From assembly GCA_964384035.1 (NCBI GenBank), contig CAYLIB010000002.1:28704-92703 (forward strand): DNA of 64,000 nt, written 5' to 3'. A model generated the notes under the pieces. That model searched no databases. It had not been told where the DNA came from and worked only from the letters and a program-made list of their open reading frames with translations. Shown here piece by piece: positions 8,357 to 16,412 of the stretch. This stretch comes from an uncultured Candidatus Saccharibacteria bacterium. GTDB lineage: Bacteria > Patescibacteriota > Doudnabacteria > UBA920. Positions within the stretch are counted from its first letter, which is position 1. Each line of letters begins with the position of its first letter. The position numbers and the translations under genes are program-made.

Positions 8357-9001
8357 ATGAAAACGATTCTTCAAGATTTCGACGGAGTGATCTTCGACTG
8401 TGTCAGGTATATTGCAGACTTCAAGTCAGCAATTGTAAGTCGTGGAGTCTCGCAAGAGGCGCTCTCTGCTTACTTCAAGGCGCCTAGTCAATTTCCCCAA
8501 TATGCCTCTAGAGCCTATTCACTAATTAAGCACCCTGAAATACGACGGGAATGGTTAGGGGAATTAGGGATAGAGGCCGTTGATTACGCCATAGAAACTG
8601 TGGTCAAAAGGGGTGTGGATTATGTCTTCCCAGACGCTTGGGATCTTCTCAAGGTCGCACATAAGTCAGGAAGGCAGATATTACTCACTCAAGGAGCCAG
8701 AGAGGCACAGGAGTTGAAAGTTGTAAACTCGGGAGTCTGTCAGTATTTTGATCATTTACTGATGGGCACAGCCTGTAAGGGCCAGGTTATTTCTGAGTTT
8801 CTAGGCGATCAAACACAGGCTGTCGAAGGCTGGTTTTTGGACGATCGTGGTAAAAATCTCACCGTAGTCAAACAAGTATGTCCTAACATTAGGACTATCC
8901 TCGTCTGGCGTGAAAACGGTGCATATAACCACGAAAACCCAACCGACTACGACCATAAGGTGGAAAACCTAGACGAAGCTAGGCGTTTAATCTATTCATA
9001 G
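8357..9001 (+). CDS. HAD-superfamily hydrolase (phosphatase-like)
   Basis: N-terminal ILQDFDGVIFDC is HAD motif I, and the size (214 aa) fits a HAD phosphatase. Confidence 0.65.
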   Translation: MKTILQDFDGVIFDCVRYIADFKSAIVSRGVSQEALSAYFKAPSQFPQYASRAYSLIKHPEIRREWLGELGIEAVDYAIETVVKRGVDYVFPDAWDLLKVAHKSGRQILLTQGAREAQELKVVNSGVCQYFDHLLMGTACKGQVISEFLGDQTQAVEGWFLDDRGKNLTVVKQVCPNIRTILVWRENGAYNHENPTDYDHKVENLDEARRLIYS

Positions 9002-9028
9002 GACTACCCAACGGTAGTCTTTTTTTAT
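9002..9028 (+). terminator. intrinsic terminator
   Basis: gactacc-caac-ggtagtc followed by ttttttt. Confidence 0.6.
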
Positions 9029-9031
9029 TGC

Positions 9032-9060
9032 TTGACAAAAATAACTAAAAAATGTATACT
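9032..9060 (+). promoter_or_regulatory. near-consensus sigma70 promoter
   Basis: TTGACA at 9032-9037, 17-bp spacer, TATACT at 9055-9060. Confidence 0.5.
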
Positions 9061-9208
9061 CGGATTTAATTTTTCTATGATTTTAGGGTTATGGACCAAA
9101 TTCGGTATTAAATACTGCTTTGGTTCATGGCCGTAAGTTGAAGCCTAAAAACTTCGTCTGCTTCGGTTGTCTAACAAAAGTTCGAAAATCCTTTAGGAGG
9201 TAGAACAA

Positions 9209-10381
9209 ATGAAATCCACGTTTCGTGTTGTGTTGAGTTTGCTCATCACAGTCCTTTTCTCAACTTTCGCTTTCGCTGGTGAGCCCGCTACAGGCTCCCT
9301 CCTGGACAATGCTCACCCGCACGCGCGGGCCTGGCTCATCGGTGTCTTCGCGGTCATCATCGTCGGCTTCCTGGTCTTCGACCTTGGCTTCATGAACAAA
9401 AAAGCCCACGGCGTTACCACCAAAGCCGCCACGCTTCAGACCCTCTTTTGGATCGCCGTTGCCTGCGGGTACGGTGGGCTTATCTACTACTTCGTCGGCC
9501 ACGAACCCGCTGCTCAGTTCTTCAGCGCGTACATCACCGAGAAAATGCTCTCCGCAGACAACCTCATGGTCATTATGATGCTCTTCATGTTCTTCGACGT
9601 GAAGGAGGCATTTCAGCACCGTGTGCTGTACTGGGGTATTCTCGGCGCCGTCGTTCTGCGCGGTTTGTTCATTGGCAGTGGTACGCTCATCGTTAGTCTG
9701 TTTCACCCCGTTCTTTACCTGTTCGGTGCGGTTCTCATTTGGTCCGGCATCAAACTCATGGCAAGCGGAGACGACGAGGAGGAGCAGGATTTCGAGAAGA
9801 ACAGAACTCTTATCTTTCTGAAGAAATGGCTCCCGCTCAGTAGCGGACCACACACAGGTCATTTTTTCACCATTGAAAACGGCAAGAAAGTCGGCACTAT
9901 TCTGTTGCTGACCTTGGCGATGGTTGAGGTTACCGATCTCATCTTCGCTGTGGACTCAATTCCCGCAGTCTTCGCCATCACGACCGATTTCTTCATCGCT
10001 TTCACCAGTAACATTTTCGCCGTTATGGGACTGCGGGCGCTATTCTTCATCGTTGAAAAAGTGCTCAAGCAATTCCCGCACTTGCAAAAAGGCATTGCCT
10101 TCGTGCTGGTATTCATCGGTGGCAAAATGTTCCTGGACCTCGTGGATCCCGCCGTCGGCTTCCTGAGTAAGACCTTTGGCTTCGCACATACCGAAGGGAG
10201 TTGGGAATATCATCTGTCATCAGTCCAGTCTTTCATGGTTATCATCGTTGCCCTTGGTCTCGCCATGGGTTACTCGGTGATCTCGGTGAGAATGGGTTGG
10301 ACTACGATTGATGATCCCGAAGCCGCCTTCGACGATTCCGATCTGAAACCCGCCACACCGGCAACAAACGAAAACAGCTAA
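9209..10381 (+). CDS. terC: TerC-family integral membrane protein
   Basis: Polytopic membrane protein with the TerC-family hallmarks, including Asp/Glu residues inside TM helices (MVEVTDLIFAVDSIPAVFAIT...) and about 390 aa. It directly precedes two TerD genes. Confidence 0.7.
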   Translation: MKSTFRVVLSLLITVLFSTFAFAGEPATGSLLDNAHPHARAWLIGVFAVIIVGFLVFDLGFMNKKAHGVTTKAATLQTLFWIAVACGYGGLIYYFVGHEPAAQFFSAYITEKMLSADNLMVIMMLFMFFDVKEAFQHRVLYWGILGAVVLRGLFIGSGTLIVSLFHPVLYLFGAVLIWSGIKLMASGDDEEEQDFEKNRTLIFLKKWLPLSSGPHTGHFFTIENGKKVGTILLLTLAMVEVTDLIFAVDSIPAVFAITTDFFIAFTSNIFAVMGLRALFFIVEKVLKQFPHLQKGIAFVLVFIGGKMFLDLVDPAVGFLSKTFGFAHTEGSWEYHLSSVQSFMVIIVALGLAMGYSVISVRMGWTTIDDPEAAFDDSDLKPATPATNENS

Positions 10382-10388
10382 ATACTAC

Positions 10389-10416
10389 CCGAGCCTAAAA
10401 ACTCGGCTTTTTTATT
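10389..10416 (+). terminator. intrinsic terminator
   Basis: ccgagcc-taaaaa-ctcggc followed by ttttttatt. Confidence 0.6.
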
Positions 10417-10419
10417 CCT

Positions 10420-10448
10420 TTGACAAAATCCCCAAAAACTTCTAAATT
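10420..10448 (+). promoter_or_regulatory. sigma70-like promoter
   Basis: TTGACA at 10420-10425, 17-bp spacer, TAAATT. Confidence 0.45.
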
Positions 10449-10539
10449 TGGGTCTTGTCTCAGAAGTTATCATCAAATACCAGCTTTAGGCTTTACCGCC
10501 TAAACAGGCAAAAACCAAATACAAGCCAAGGAGGAAATT

Positions 10540-11175
10540 ATGGCTTTCCTAATTCAAAAAGGCGGATCATTCCAAATCTCCAAGGGGATTTTCAATCTCG
10601 GAATTGGGTGCAAATGGGATCCGCAACTCAATCACTCGGAAGAAGAGTTCGACATTGACGTCCACGCCTTCGCTCTCAGGAATCACACAGGGTTCGATCG
10701 TAATGGGAGCCATGCGCTCACATACGCGAACGTCGCAAATTCCAGAAACCCGGACGGCTTGCTGGTCGAAAACAGCGACGGCTCGTTCCAGACGCGCGAC
10801 GGCTCCATGCATTCGCGTGGTGACAACAAGACGGGCGAGACCAAACCCGGCGAAGACGCCGAGTATCTCACGATCTTTACGCAGAAACTGCCAAAAGAGA
10901 TCGACGAGATCGCTCTCTATATAACCATTCACGATGCCGTGAAGCGCAAGCAGAATTTTGGACGCGTCAGGAATGCCAAAATCCACATTGACGACGCCGG
11001 CTCACACAGCGTGCTGGCCAAGTACGACCTGAGTACCGACTTCCCAGACGCAACCTGCGTCCATGTCGGTTCTTTCCTCCCAGACCCGAGCGGTGGAGGG
11101 TGGTCGTTCCAGGCCGCGGACTCGCCGTCCAACGCAAGTCTGTACCAGGTTCTTGAAGGTTACAAATTGGTCTAA
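10540..11175 (+). CDS. terD: TerD-domain protein (tellurium-resistance/stress family)
   Basis: MAFLIQKGGSFQISKG...NLGIGCKWDPQ...FDIDVHAFAL and DNKTGETKPGEDAEYLTIF...IDEIALYITIHDA are a TerD fold with the calcium-binding GDN-TGEG..E motifs. SD aaggagg. Confidence 0.8.
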   Translation: MAFLIQKGGSFQISKGIFNLGIGCKWDPQLNHSEEEFDIDVHAFALRNHTGFDRNGSHALTYANVANSRNPDGLLVENSDGSFQTRDGSMHSRGDNKTGETKPGEDAEYLTIFTQKLPKEIDEIALYITIHDAVKRKQNFGRVRNAKIHIDDAGSHSVLAKYDLSTDFPDATCVHVGSFLPDPSGGGWSFQAADSPSNASLYQVLEGYKLV

Positions 11176-11180
11176 TAAAA

Positions 11181-11215
11181 AACTCGTTCCAGTTTTGAAC
11201 GAGTATTTTTTATTA
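11181..11215 (+). terminator. intrinsic terminator
   Basis: actcgttc-cagttttg-gaacgagt followed by attttttatt. Confidence 0.6.
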
Positions 11216-11244
11216 ATTAGCTTATTTATAAGGAATTTAGTCTA

Positions 11245-11272
11245 TTGACAAATTCTGAAAAATCTTTATAAT
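11245..11272 (+). promoter_or_regulatory. near-consensus sigma70 promoter
   Basis: TTGACA at 11245-11250, 16-bp spacer, TATAAT at 11267-11272. Confidence 0.5.
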
Positions 11273-11452
11273 TACGAGTCTTAATAAAGAAATTTAAAGA
11301 CAAAGATCTGCACTTTAAAACTAGATCTCGAGAAAACTCGCAATCGCCCGAATTACTTTCGGCTCGAGGTTTAGCTTAGTGTGTAGGGTCTTGTGTCAAA
11401 AACGCAGGGCCAAGTAATCAACAACAAAATTCCATTCGGAGGAAAACAGATC

Positions 11453-12055
11453 ATGGAAATTTCCAAAGGCGAATCGTTTCCCGTCAAAGGTGGCGGCGCA
11501 GATTACAGCGGTAATTACTTCGGTGGCGGATGGGACGCCGGCGACGGTTATGACCTGGACATCCACGTCATCGGACTGAAGGGTGGCAAACCGGTCATGT
11601 CCCACGTCCTGAGCTGGTTCAACAGCCCGCAGTACAACGGCGCAGGCTTGCTGGACTACGATGCCGCAACGGGCACGTTCAAGACCAAGGACGGCTCGCT
11701 TGTTCACAACAAAGACAATCGCACCGGCGAGGGCGACGGCGACGACGAGAACGTCATTCTCCACCTGGACAAAGTCCCGACGGACATTGACGAATTGTTG
11801 TTCATCGTTGACATTTACGAGGCGAAGAAGAACGGCCAAGACTTCGGCAAGGTCAAAAATGCGTTCGTTCGCGTCGTGCAGGGCACCAATCCCGATGGCA
11901 AAGAAACGATTCGCTACAACCTGTCGAACGACTACGCCGGTAAGACCTGCGTGCAAGTCGGCTCACTGACTCGCGCCGCCGGAACCACCTGGACGTTTAC
12001 CGCCCAAGGCATCGGCTTCACGGGCACGATCCAACAGGTCATGGAGACGTTCTAA
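11453..12055 (+). CDS. terD: TerD-domain protein (second paralog)
   Basis: Canonical TerD Ca-binding motif DNRTGEGDGDDENVILHLDKVP...IDELLFIVDIYEA. The start is MEISKG at 11453 after GGAGGA; the track ORF at 11393 lacks an RBS. Confidence 0.8.
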   Translation: MEISKGESFPVKGGGADYSGNYFGGGWDAGDGYDLDIHVIGLKGGKPVMSHVLSWFNSPQYNGAGLLDYDAATGTFKTKDGSLVHNKDNRTGEGDGDDENVILHLDKVPTDIDELLFIVDIYEAKKNGQDFGKVKNAFVRVVQGTNPDGKETIRYNLSNDYAGKTCVQVGSLTRAAGTTWTFTAQGIGFTGTIQQVMETF

Positions 12056-12073
12056 TCTCCGACTAACCGAAAA

Positions 12074-12118
12074 GGGGTGTCAACCGGAAAACTCTCTCGG
12101 TTGCACCCCCTCTTTTTT
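12074..12118 (+). terminator. intrinsic terminator
   Basis: Long GC-rich stem ggggtgtcaaccg / cggttgcacccc followed by tctttttt. Confidence 0.6.
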
Positions 12119-12134
12119 ATTTCAAGGTGGTGAA

Positions 12135-13289
12135 ATGCCAGATCGCAAACCAACAATAATTCAGCTACCTGGGCGGGATACAAATGAGCTCCCGTCTCTG
12201 GCCGAAGAACGGAAGCCTACGGTCATCAACTTGAATCCAAATCAATGTGGTGAAACAGATGGGCCTAGAGTGCCGCATATTCTCCACCTTGAAGAACACG
12301 AAGATGTCCGTGACACCCAAAGACTACCTACAGTCATTATGGTCCCCAAAGTCGTGGAAGAGGTCCCGGCACCAGCCAGAACGCCTACAGTGGTAAAGTT
12401 CCTTTTCGAGGAAAAACCACTCGTGCCTTCTCCGGCTGTCGCCGCGACTATTCTGAAACTTCCCGGGGCAGAAATTCGGGCGAGATTGAAAGTAAGCGAT
12501 GGCGACCTCGCCGAGCTATTCCCAAATGTGCCTGATGCAATCCGGGAAAAAGCTAGGGTGGTAGTCGTAAGCACGAATGTTGATACGCTGTTTACCCAGA
12601 CCTGCGGGTCGTGGGGGCAGTTAAGTCAACAGCAAATGCTTTCACTCTCTGAAGAAATCGCCAAATTGAATTCGCATAATCTGCTGGCAGAAATGCGGGC
12701 AGAGATGCGCGCGATTTACGATTTCTTCATGACTTTCAAAGCAAGAGTCCAAGAAGAACCAAAAAGTATGCTAGATTTCCTTTCCAGCAAAACTCCCAAA
12801 ACTGCCAAACAGCGGTTCGACGAGCTTATGCTGGAATTAGAGAATAAAGCATCCAAGTTGGGTGCTCGTCTGCCGGAGATTCAAAAACTCCAATTGCAGA
12901 TCGCTGAAACTTCTGGTAAGCTCGCAAAGGTTCGTGAGTCCATGCAAGTGGACATGGTGGCTGGGCAGCTCGTCGAATTCAGAGGGATGTTAGGCGAAGT
13001 TAAAGCTGACAAAGAGTTTGTAAAGTCTGATCTTGAAATTCTAAACAGTCGAATCGAAAGCCTAAGGGCTTCGGTTAGTACTGTAGATATTTTGCGAGAC
13101 CAGCTCACTGCTCTCTATTTGGAAGTCGCAACTTTGCAGACAACTATCCAGAATACTCTATTGGTCGAAGTTCCAGAATGGCGGTTATCCGTCAGTCTTA
13201 CAGGCTTCGAACAGTCGGGTAGGGTTTCAAATAGTCAGGGTTGGTCTTTCGTGGACCAGCTCATTCAAAAACTGAAGTCAAAACCATAA
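12135..13289 (+). CDS. hypothetical Pro-rich / coiled-coil protein (possibly TelA-like; unproven)
   Basis: 384 aa. The N-terminal 120 aa are Pro/Val-rich with a repeated PTV(I/V) motif (KPTIIQLP, KPTVINL, LPTVIMVP, TPTVVKF), and the C-terminal 250 aa are predicted helical coiled coil. Size and position between TerD and the vWA gene recall TelA/KlaA-type proteins of ter operons. No motif is recognised with certainty. Confidence 0.5.
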   Translation: MPDRKPTIIQLPGRDTNELPSLAEERKPTVINLNPNQCGETDGPRVPHILHLEEHEDVRDTQRLPTVIMVPKVVEEVPAPARTPTVVKFLFEEKPLVPSPAVAATILKLPGAEIRARLKVSDGDLAELFPNVPDAIREKARVVVVSTNVDTLFTQTCGSWGQLSQQQMLSLSEEIAKLNSHNLLAEMRAEMRAIYDFFMTFKARVQEEPKSMLDFLSSKTPKTAKQRFDELMLELENKASKLGARLPEIQKLQLQIAETSGKLAKVRESMQVDMVAGQLVEFRGMLGEVKADKEFVKSDLEILNSRIESLRASVSTVDILRDQLTALYLEVATLQTTIQNTLLVEVPEWRLSVSLTGFEQSGRVSNSQGWSFVDQLIQKLKSKP

Positions 13290-13299
13290 CGAGGGAAAT

Positions 13300-14013
13300 A
13301 TGTTCGAAGTTACGAAAGAAGCGCAGAAAGTCAAAAACTTTCTCATTTCAAAGATGGTCAGAAACGTCAAAGCCGAAGTCATCGGTCTCGTTGATAAGAG
13401 CGGCTCCATGCAGGGTTTGTATAAGTGTGGTGCCGTCCAGGAAGCAATCCAGCGCGTTCTGCCAGTCGGCTTGAATTTCGACGACAACGGCAACGTGGAC
13501 GTGTTCACTTTCGCCGACGGCGAAGGTAGTGTCTTCGAAGCCGCAGGTCTCGACACGAACAACTTCGAAGGCTACGTCCAGCGGGAAATTCTCAACAAGA
13601 ACGGTCATTGGGGTGGCACCGACTATGCGCCGGCCATTACCGCGGTTCTGAAGTCGAAAGGGTTCGCCAAGAAATCTGGGGGTGGGTTTTTCGGTGGAGG
13701 AAGTCTGTCCCTGCAGGAGAACTCGACGTCCGGTTATCCGGCGCTTATCTACTTCTTCACGGATGGCGCGAATGACGACGAAAGCGCGACCGAGAAGCTT
13801 CTTGAGGCGATGCAGTATGCACGAGTGAATGCCTACGTCTTGTTCGTTGGCATTGGAGACAACCCGTTCCGCTTCTGTATTCGCGTTGCTGATAAATTCG
13901 ACAACACTGGATTCGTCCGCGTGTCAGACCTCGCCGGCGTCGCCAACAACGACAAGATTTACGAGATGCTGTTGCCAGACGAACTTTGCTGCTGGCTGCG
14001 CAACAAGAAATAA
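13300..14013 (+). CDS. von Willebrand factor A (vWA) domain protein, TerY-like
   Basis: MIDAS motif VDKSGSMQG (DxSxS), then TFADGEG... and FFTDGANDDE, which resemble further MIDAS loops. 237 aa, adjacent to TerD/TerC as in terY-type loci. Confidence 0.7.
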   Translation: MFEVTKEAQKVKNFLISKMVRNVKAEVIGLVDKSGSMQGLYKCGAVQEAIQRVLPVGLNFDDNGNVDVFTFADGEGSVFEAAGLDTNNFEGYVQREILNKNGHWGGTDYAPAITAVLKSKGFAKKSGGGFFGGGSLSLQENSTSGYPALIYFFTDGANDDESATEKLLEAMQYARVNAYVLFVGIGDNPFRFCIRVADKFDNTGFVRVSDLAGVANNDKIYEMLLPDELCCWLRNKK

Positions 14014-14033
14014 GCTTCTAACCAAGAAGCATC

Positions 14034-14061
14034 TACCGAGCTAACAACTCGGTCTTTTTTT
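14034..14061 (+). terminator. intrinsic terminator
   Basis: accgag-ctaacaa-ctcggt followed by cttttttta. Confidence 0.6.
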
Positions 14062-14062
14062 A

Positions 14063-14092
14063 TTGACTTTTTCTGGTTTTTTATGTATATTT
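14063..14092 (+). promoter_or_regulatory. sigma70-like promoter
   Basis: TTGACT at 14063-14068 and TATATT at 14087-14092, 18-bp spacer. Confidence 0.4.
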
Positions 14093-14169
14093 ATTTGTTT
14101 TTAGGAGTTTTGTCGTAAAACACGAAATTCTCGTATCGGTTAAATAAACCTAAATTAAGGAGAGGACAA

Positions 14170-15000
14170 ATGAACAATCCGGTAGTAATGGCCGAATCGC
14201 TAATTTTCGCTCTGGTTGTGTTGACTTACGCTTTCGCAGCCAAGCTATGTTGGGACAGGGTTAGCAAAATGCACGCTATTCTTCGTTACAACAACACAGC
14301 CTATGGTATCAGGACATTCTCCCTCATGACGGCAATTTCGATTGCGCTTTATGGGACCCTTAAAACGGTTAGTCAGCAGGAATTCGGTAATTATTTCTTG
14401 CAACTGGTAATTAATGGGTTAGTGGTAACAATCTTTGTTCTGATTGCCCAGTTTGTAAATGATGTTTTCATTATCACTGGGTTAAATAACAACGAAGCAG
14501 TCGCAAGAAAAAATAATGCAGTAGCAGTGACCGAAACAGGAAGTTCTATCGCTACGGCAGTAATAGCTTACGGAGCTTTCTCAGGTGGCTTAGGAAGTCG
14601 TTTTGTGCAGTCCGTAGTCTTCCTGATACTAGGTCAAGCCGTGCTAATTGCTGTTTTTCATCTGTTCGACTGGTTACACCCAGCTGATCTTCTCGGGAAT
14701 ATTCGCGCCGGAGAAGTACCGAGTGCAATTGTGAGTTCTGGAATGCTAATAGCTGTGAGTCTCATTCTGAAGAGTGCTATTCAGGGGCAGTTCTTTGGGT
14801 GGGGGAAAGGATTCGCTGAGTTCTTTTTTGCAGCGGCTATGGGTCTTGGTCTGCTTGTAACCGCTTACAATTTTCTTTGTCGGAGACTCCCGTGGGTCCC
14901 AAACATGGGAGAGGAAGTTAAGGAAAGCGAGAGCGCATTCGTTAGTACCGCAGGTTTGTTGATTTTTGCTTTCATGATTTCAGTCGCATTTCAAAACTAA
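14170..15000 (+). CDS. polytopic integral membrane protein, hypothetical (Gly-zipper-rich; internally repeated)
   Basis: 276 aa with about 8 hydrophobic helices and an apparent internal duplication of GxxxA/G helices. SD taaggagagg. Intermediate GC. Confidence 0.55.
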   Translation: MNNPVVMAESLIFALVVLTYAFAAKLCWDRVSKMHAILRYNNTAYGIRTFSLMTAISIALYGTLKTVSQQEFGNYFLQLVINGLVVTIFVLIAQFVNDVFIITGLNNNEAVARKNNAVAVTETGSSIATAVIAYGAFSGGLGSRFVQSVVFLILGQAVLIAVFHLFDWLHPADLLGNIRAGEVPSAIVSSGMLIAVSLILKSAIQGQFFGWGKGFAEFFFAAAMGLGLLVTAYNFLCRRLPWVPNMGEEVKESESAFVSTAGLLIFAFMISVAFQN

Positions 15001-15039
15001 ATACGGAATTTATATTCCGCTTTTTTTATACACTAGACT

Positions 15040-15075
15040 AATAAAACGCGTACGTACGCGTTTTATTAGTCAATA
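15040..15075. terminator. bidirectional terminator (perfect palindrome aaaacgcgtacgtacgcgtttt) between convergent genes
   Basis: taataaaacgcgtacgtacgcgttttatta has T-runs on both strands. Confidence 0.6.
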
Positions 15076-15092
15076 AAAAAACTAGCCATTCG

Positions 15093-15791
15093 CTAGTGTT
15101 TATTCCCGAAAGAAAATCTTGTACCAAATATTAATCCGAAAGTTCTTTCCGGTACCACCATATCCGGATTAATAAATATTTCGAAATCAGATTCCTTATT
15201 GGGTCTTAGTCTGAATTCCGCACCTATTCGACCCAAGTGATGGTGTCCAGTCTTGAGTGAGTCGGCATGGAAGTATAACCACTTACCCAATATTTGCTGG
15301 CTTATCCTTTGGTGAAAAGTTTTCTCGTAACCGTTCCCAAAAGTTATCTCCGGAAAAAATTCTGTCTCTCTGTGGCCTATGAGTAGTAGTTTTATACTCG
15401 TGCCAAGATAAGCTTGTCCTCGGGTTGTCGCCCCTGCAAATCCTGATACAGAAAATTTGTCTTCCGTACTTTTATAGCTTGGACCAACACCAAAACGACC
15501 ATCGTTTACCAGACCTTTCACGTAAAAATACTGTCCCGTATATGCAAAGCCAAGTTTATTGGTTGCTTTATGTGTGTGACAATCTAACTCACTTAAACCC
15601 TCCCATTCCGGTGGTTCCACTGCTCTGCTCGATCTTCCGGTTTCGATTGACACCCGGCAAGATGTATTGTATTTATGATGGTTAGATTTGTCTGTATTGT
15701 CAGTTATCTCTTGAGCGTTGGTTTTTCCAACAGATAACAAAATAATAAGCAGACAAAGGGGTGAGTGCTTGTGTAATAATCTTATAGACAT
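15093..15791 (-). CDS. secreted hypothetical protein (signal peptide, beta-rich)
   Basis: MSIRLL...LLSVGKTNAQE signal sequence; GGAGGA SD upstream on the minus strand. Confidence 0.55.
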   Translation of the reverse strand: MSIRLLHKHSPLCLLIILLSVGKTNAQEITDNTDKSNHHKYNTSCRVSIETGRSSRAVEPPEWEGLSELDCHTHKATNKLGFAYTGQYFYVKGLVNDGRFGVGPSYKSTEDKFSVSGFAGATTRGQAYLGTSIKLLLIGHRETEFFPEITFGNGYEKTFHQRISQQILGKWLYFHADSLKTGHHHLGRIGAEFRLRPNKESDFEIFINPDMVVPERTFGLIFGTRFSFGNKH

Positions 15792-15938
15792 CTGTCCTCC
15801 ATTGATTCGCTGAATGAAAATTCAGTCAAGCTAAAGAAAATTTTTACATATTTAGAGAAAAAAACAAGAAACCAAAAAACAGCTACCCTTGACAAGTCAT
15901 AGTTATTATGATCCAAGTCATCAACAAAAGTATAAACT

Positions 15939-16412
15939 ATGTATATTGAATTCATTTTCTGTACCAAATACTCTCTAGGCCTGTATAATCCATCTATGAA
16001 CACTGAACCATTTCAAAAATTCGTTCCCAAGCCTTGGGGTAGGGAAATTATTTTCACCGACCCTTCACTCCCATATTTCGGCAAAATTATGCAAGTAAAA
16101 GCAGGGACCCGATGGTCACTGCATTACCATGAAGAAAAACTAGAAACTCTCGCGTTGCTTTCTGGTGAAGCTGAGATTTGGTTGGAAGATGCTTCTGGGG
16201 AAATACAAAAAATTCCTATGGAATTAGAAAAAGGGTATAACATTTCTTTAAAACAGAAGCACCGTGTTGTTACAAAAACAGATTGTATAATTGTGGAAGC
16301 CTCCCTCCCGGAAACTGGTACCACAGTAAGAATCGAAGACGACTTCAGTAGAGGGAATGAAACCGAAGAATTAAGAAAATTAGACAACCGAGGATGGACA
16401 CCAACAATTTAA
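15939..16412 (+). CDS. cupin-domain protein (sugar-phosphate isomerase-like)
   Basis: Cupin motif 1 G(x5)HxH(x4)E(x6)G matches GTRWSLHYHEEKLETLALLSG. Motif-2-like segment PMELEKGYNISLKQKHRVV. An alternative start is MNTEPF at 15996. Confidence 0.6.
   Translation: MYIEFIFCTKYSLGLYNPSMNTEPFQKFVPKPWGREIIFTDPSLPYFGKIMQVKAGTRWSLHYHEEKLETLALLSGEAEIWLEDASGEIQKIPMELEKGYNISLKQKHRVVTKTDCIIVEASLPETGTTVRIEDDFSRGNETEELRKLDNRGWTPTI

Noticed and set aside
9260-9862. 200-aa minus-strand ORF inside terC
   Set aside because: It is antisense to a well-supported TerC coding frame. GC-rich genes here generate long antisense open frames. There is no RBS.
10567-10986. 139-aa minus-strand and 106-aa plus-strand alternative-frame ORFs over the first terD
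   Set aside because: Shadow ORFs of the TerD gene in a GC-rich region.
11396-11956. 186-aa minus-strand ORF antisense to the second terD
   Set aside because: Same artefact of high local GC. The TerD frame carries the canonical Ca-binding motifs, and the antisense frame is low-complexity.
12242-12574. 110-aa minus-strand ORF inside the coiled-coil gene
   Set aside because: Antisense shadow ORF, Ser/Thr-rich and low-complexity, with no RBS.
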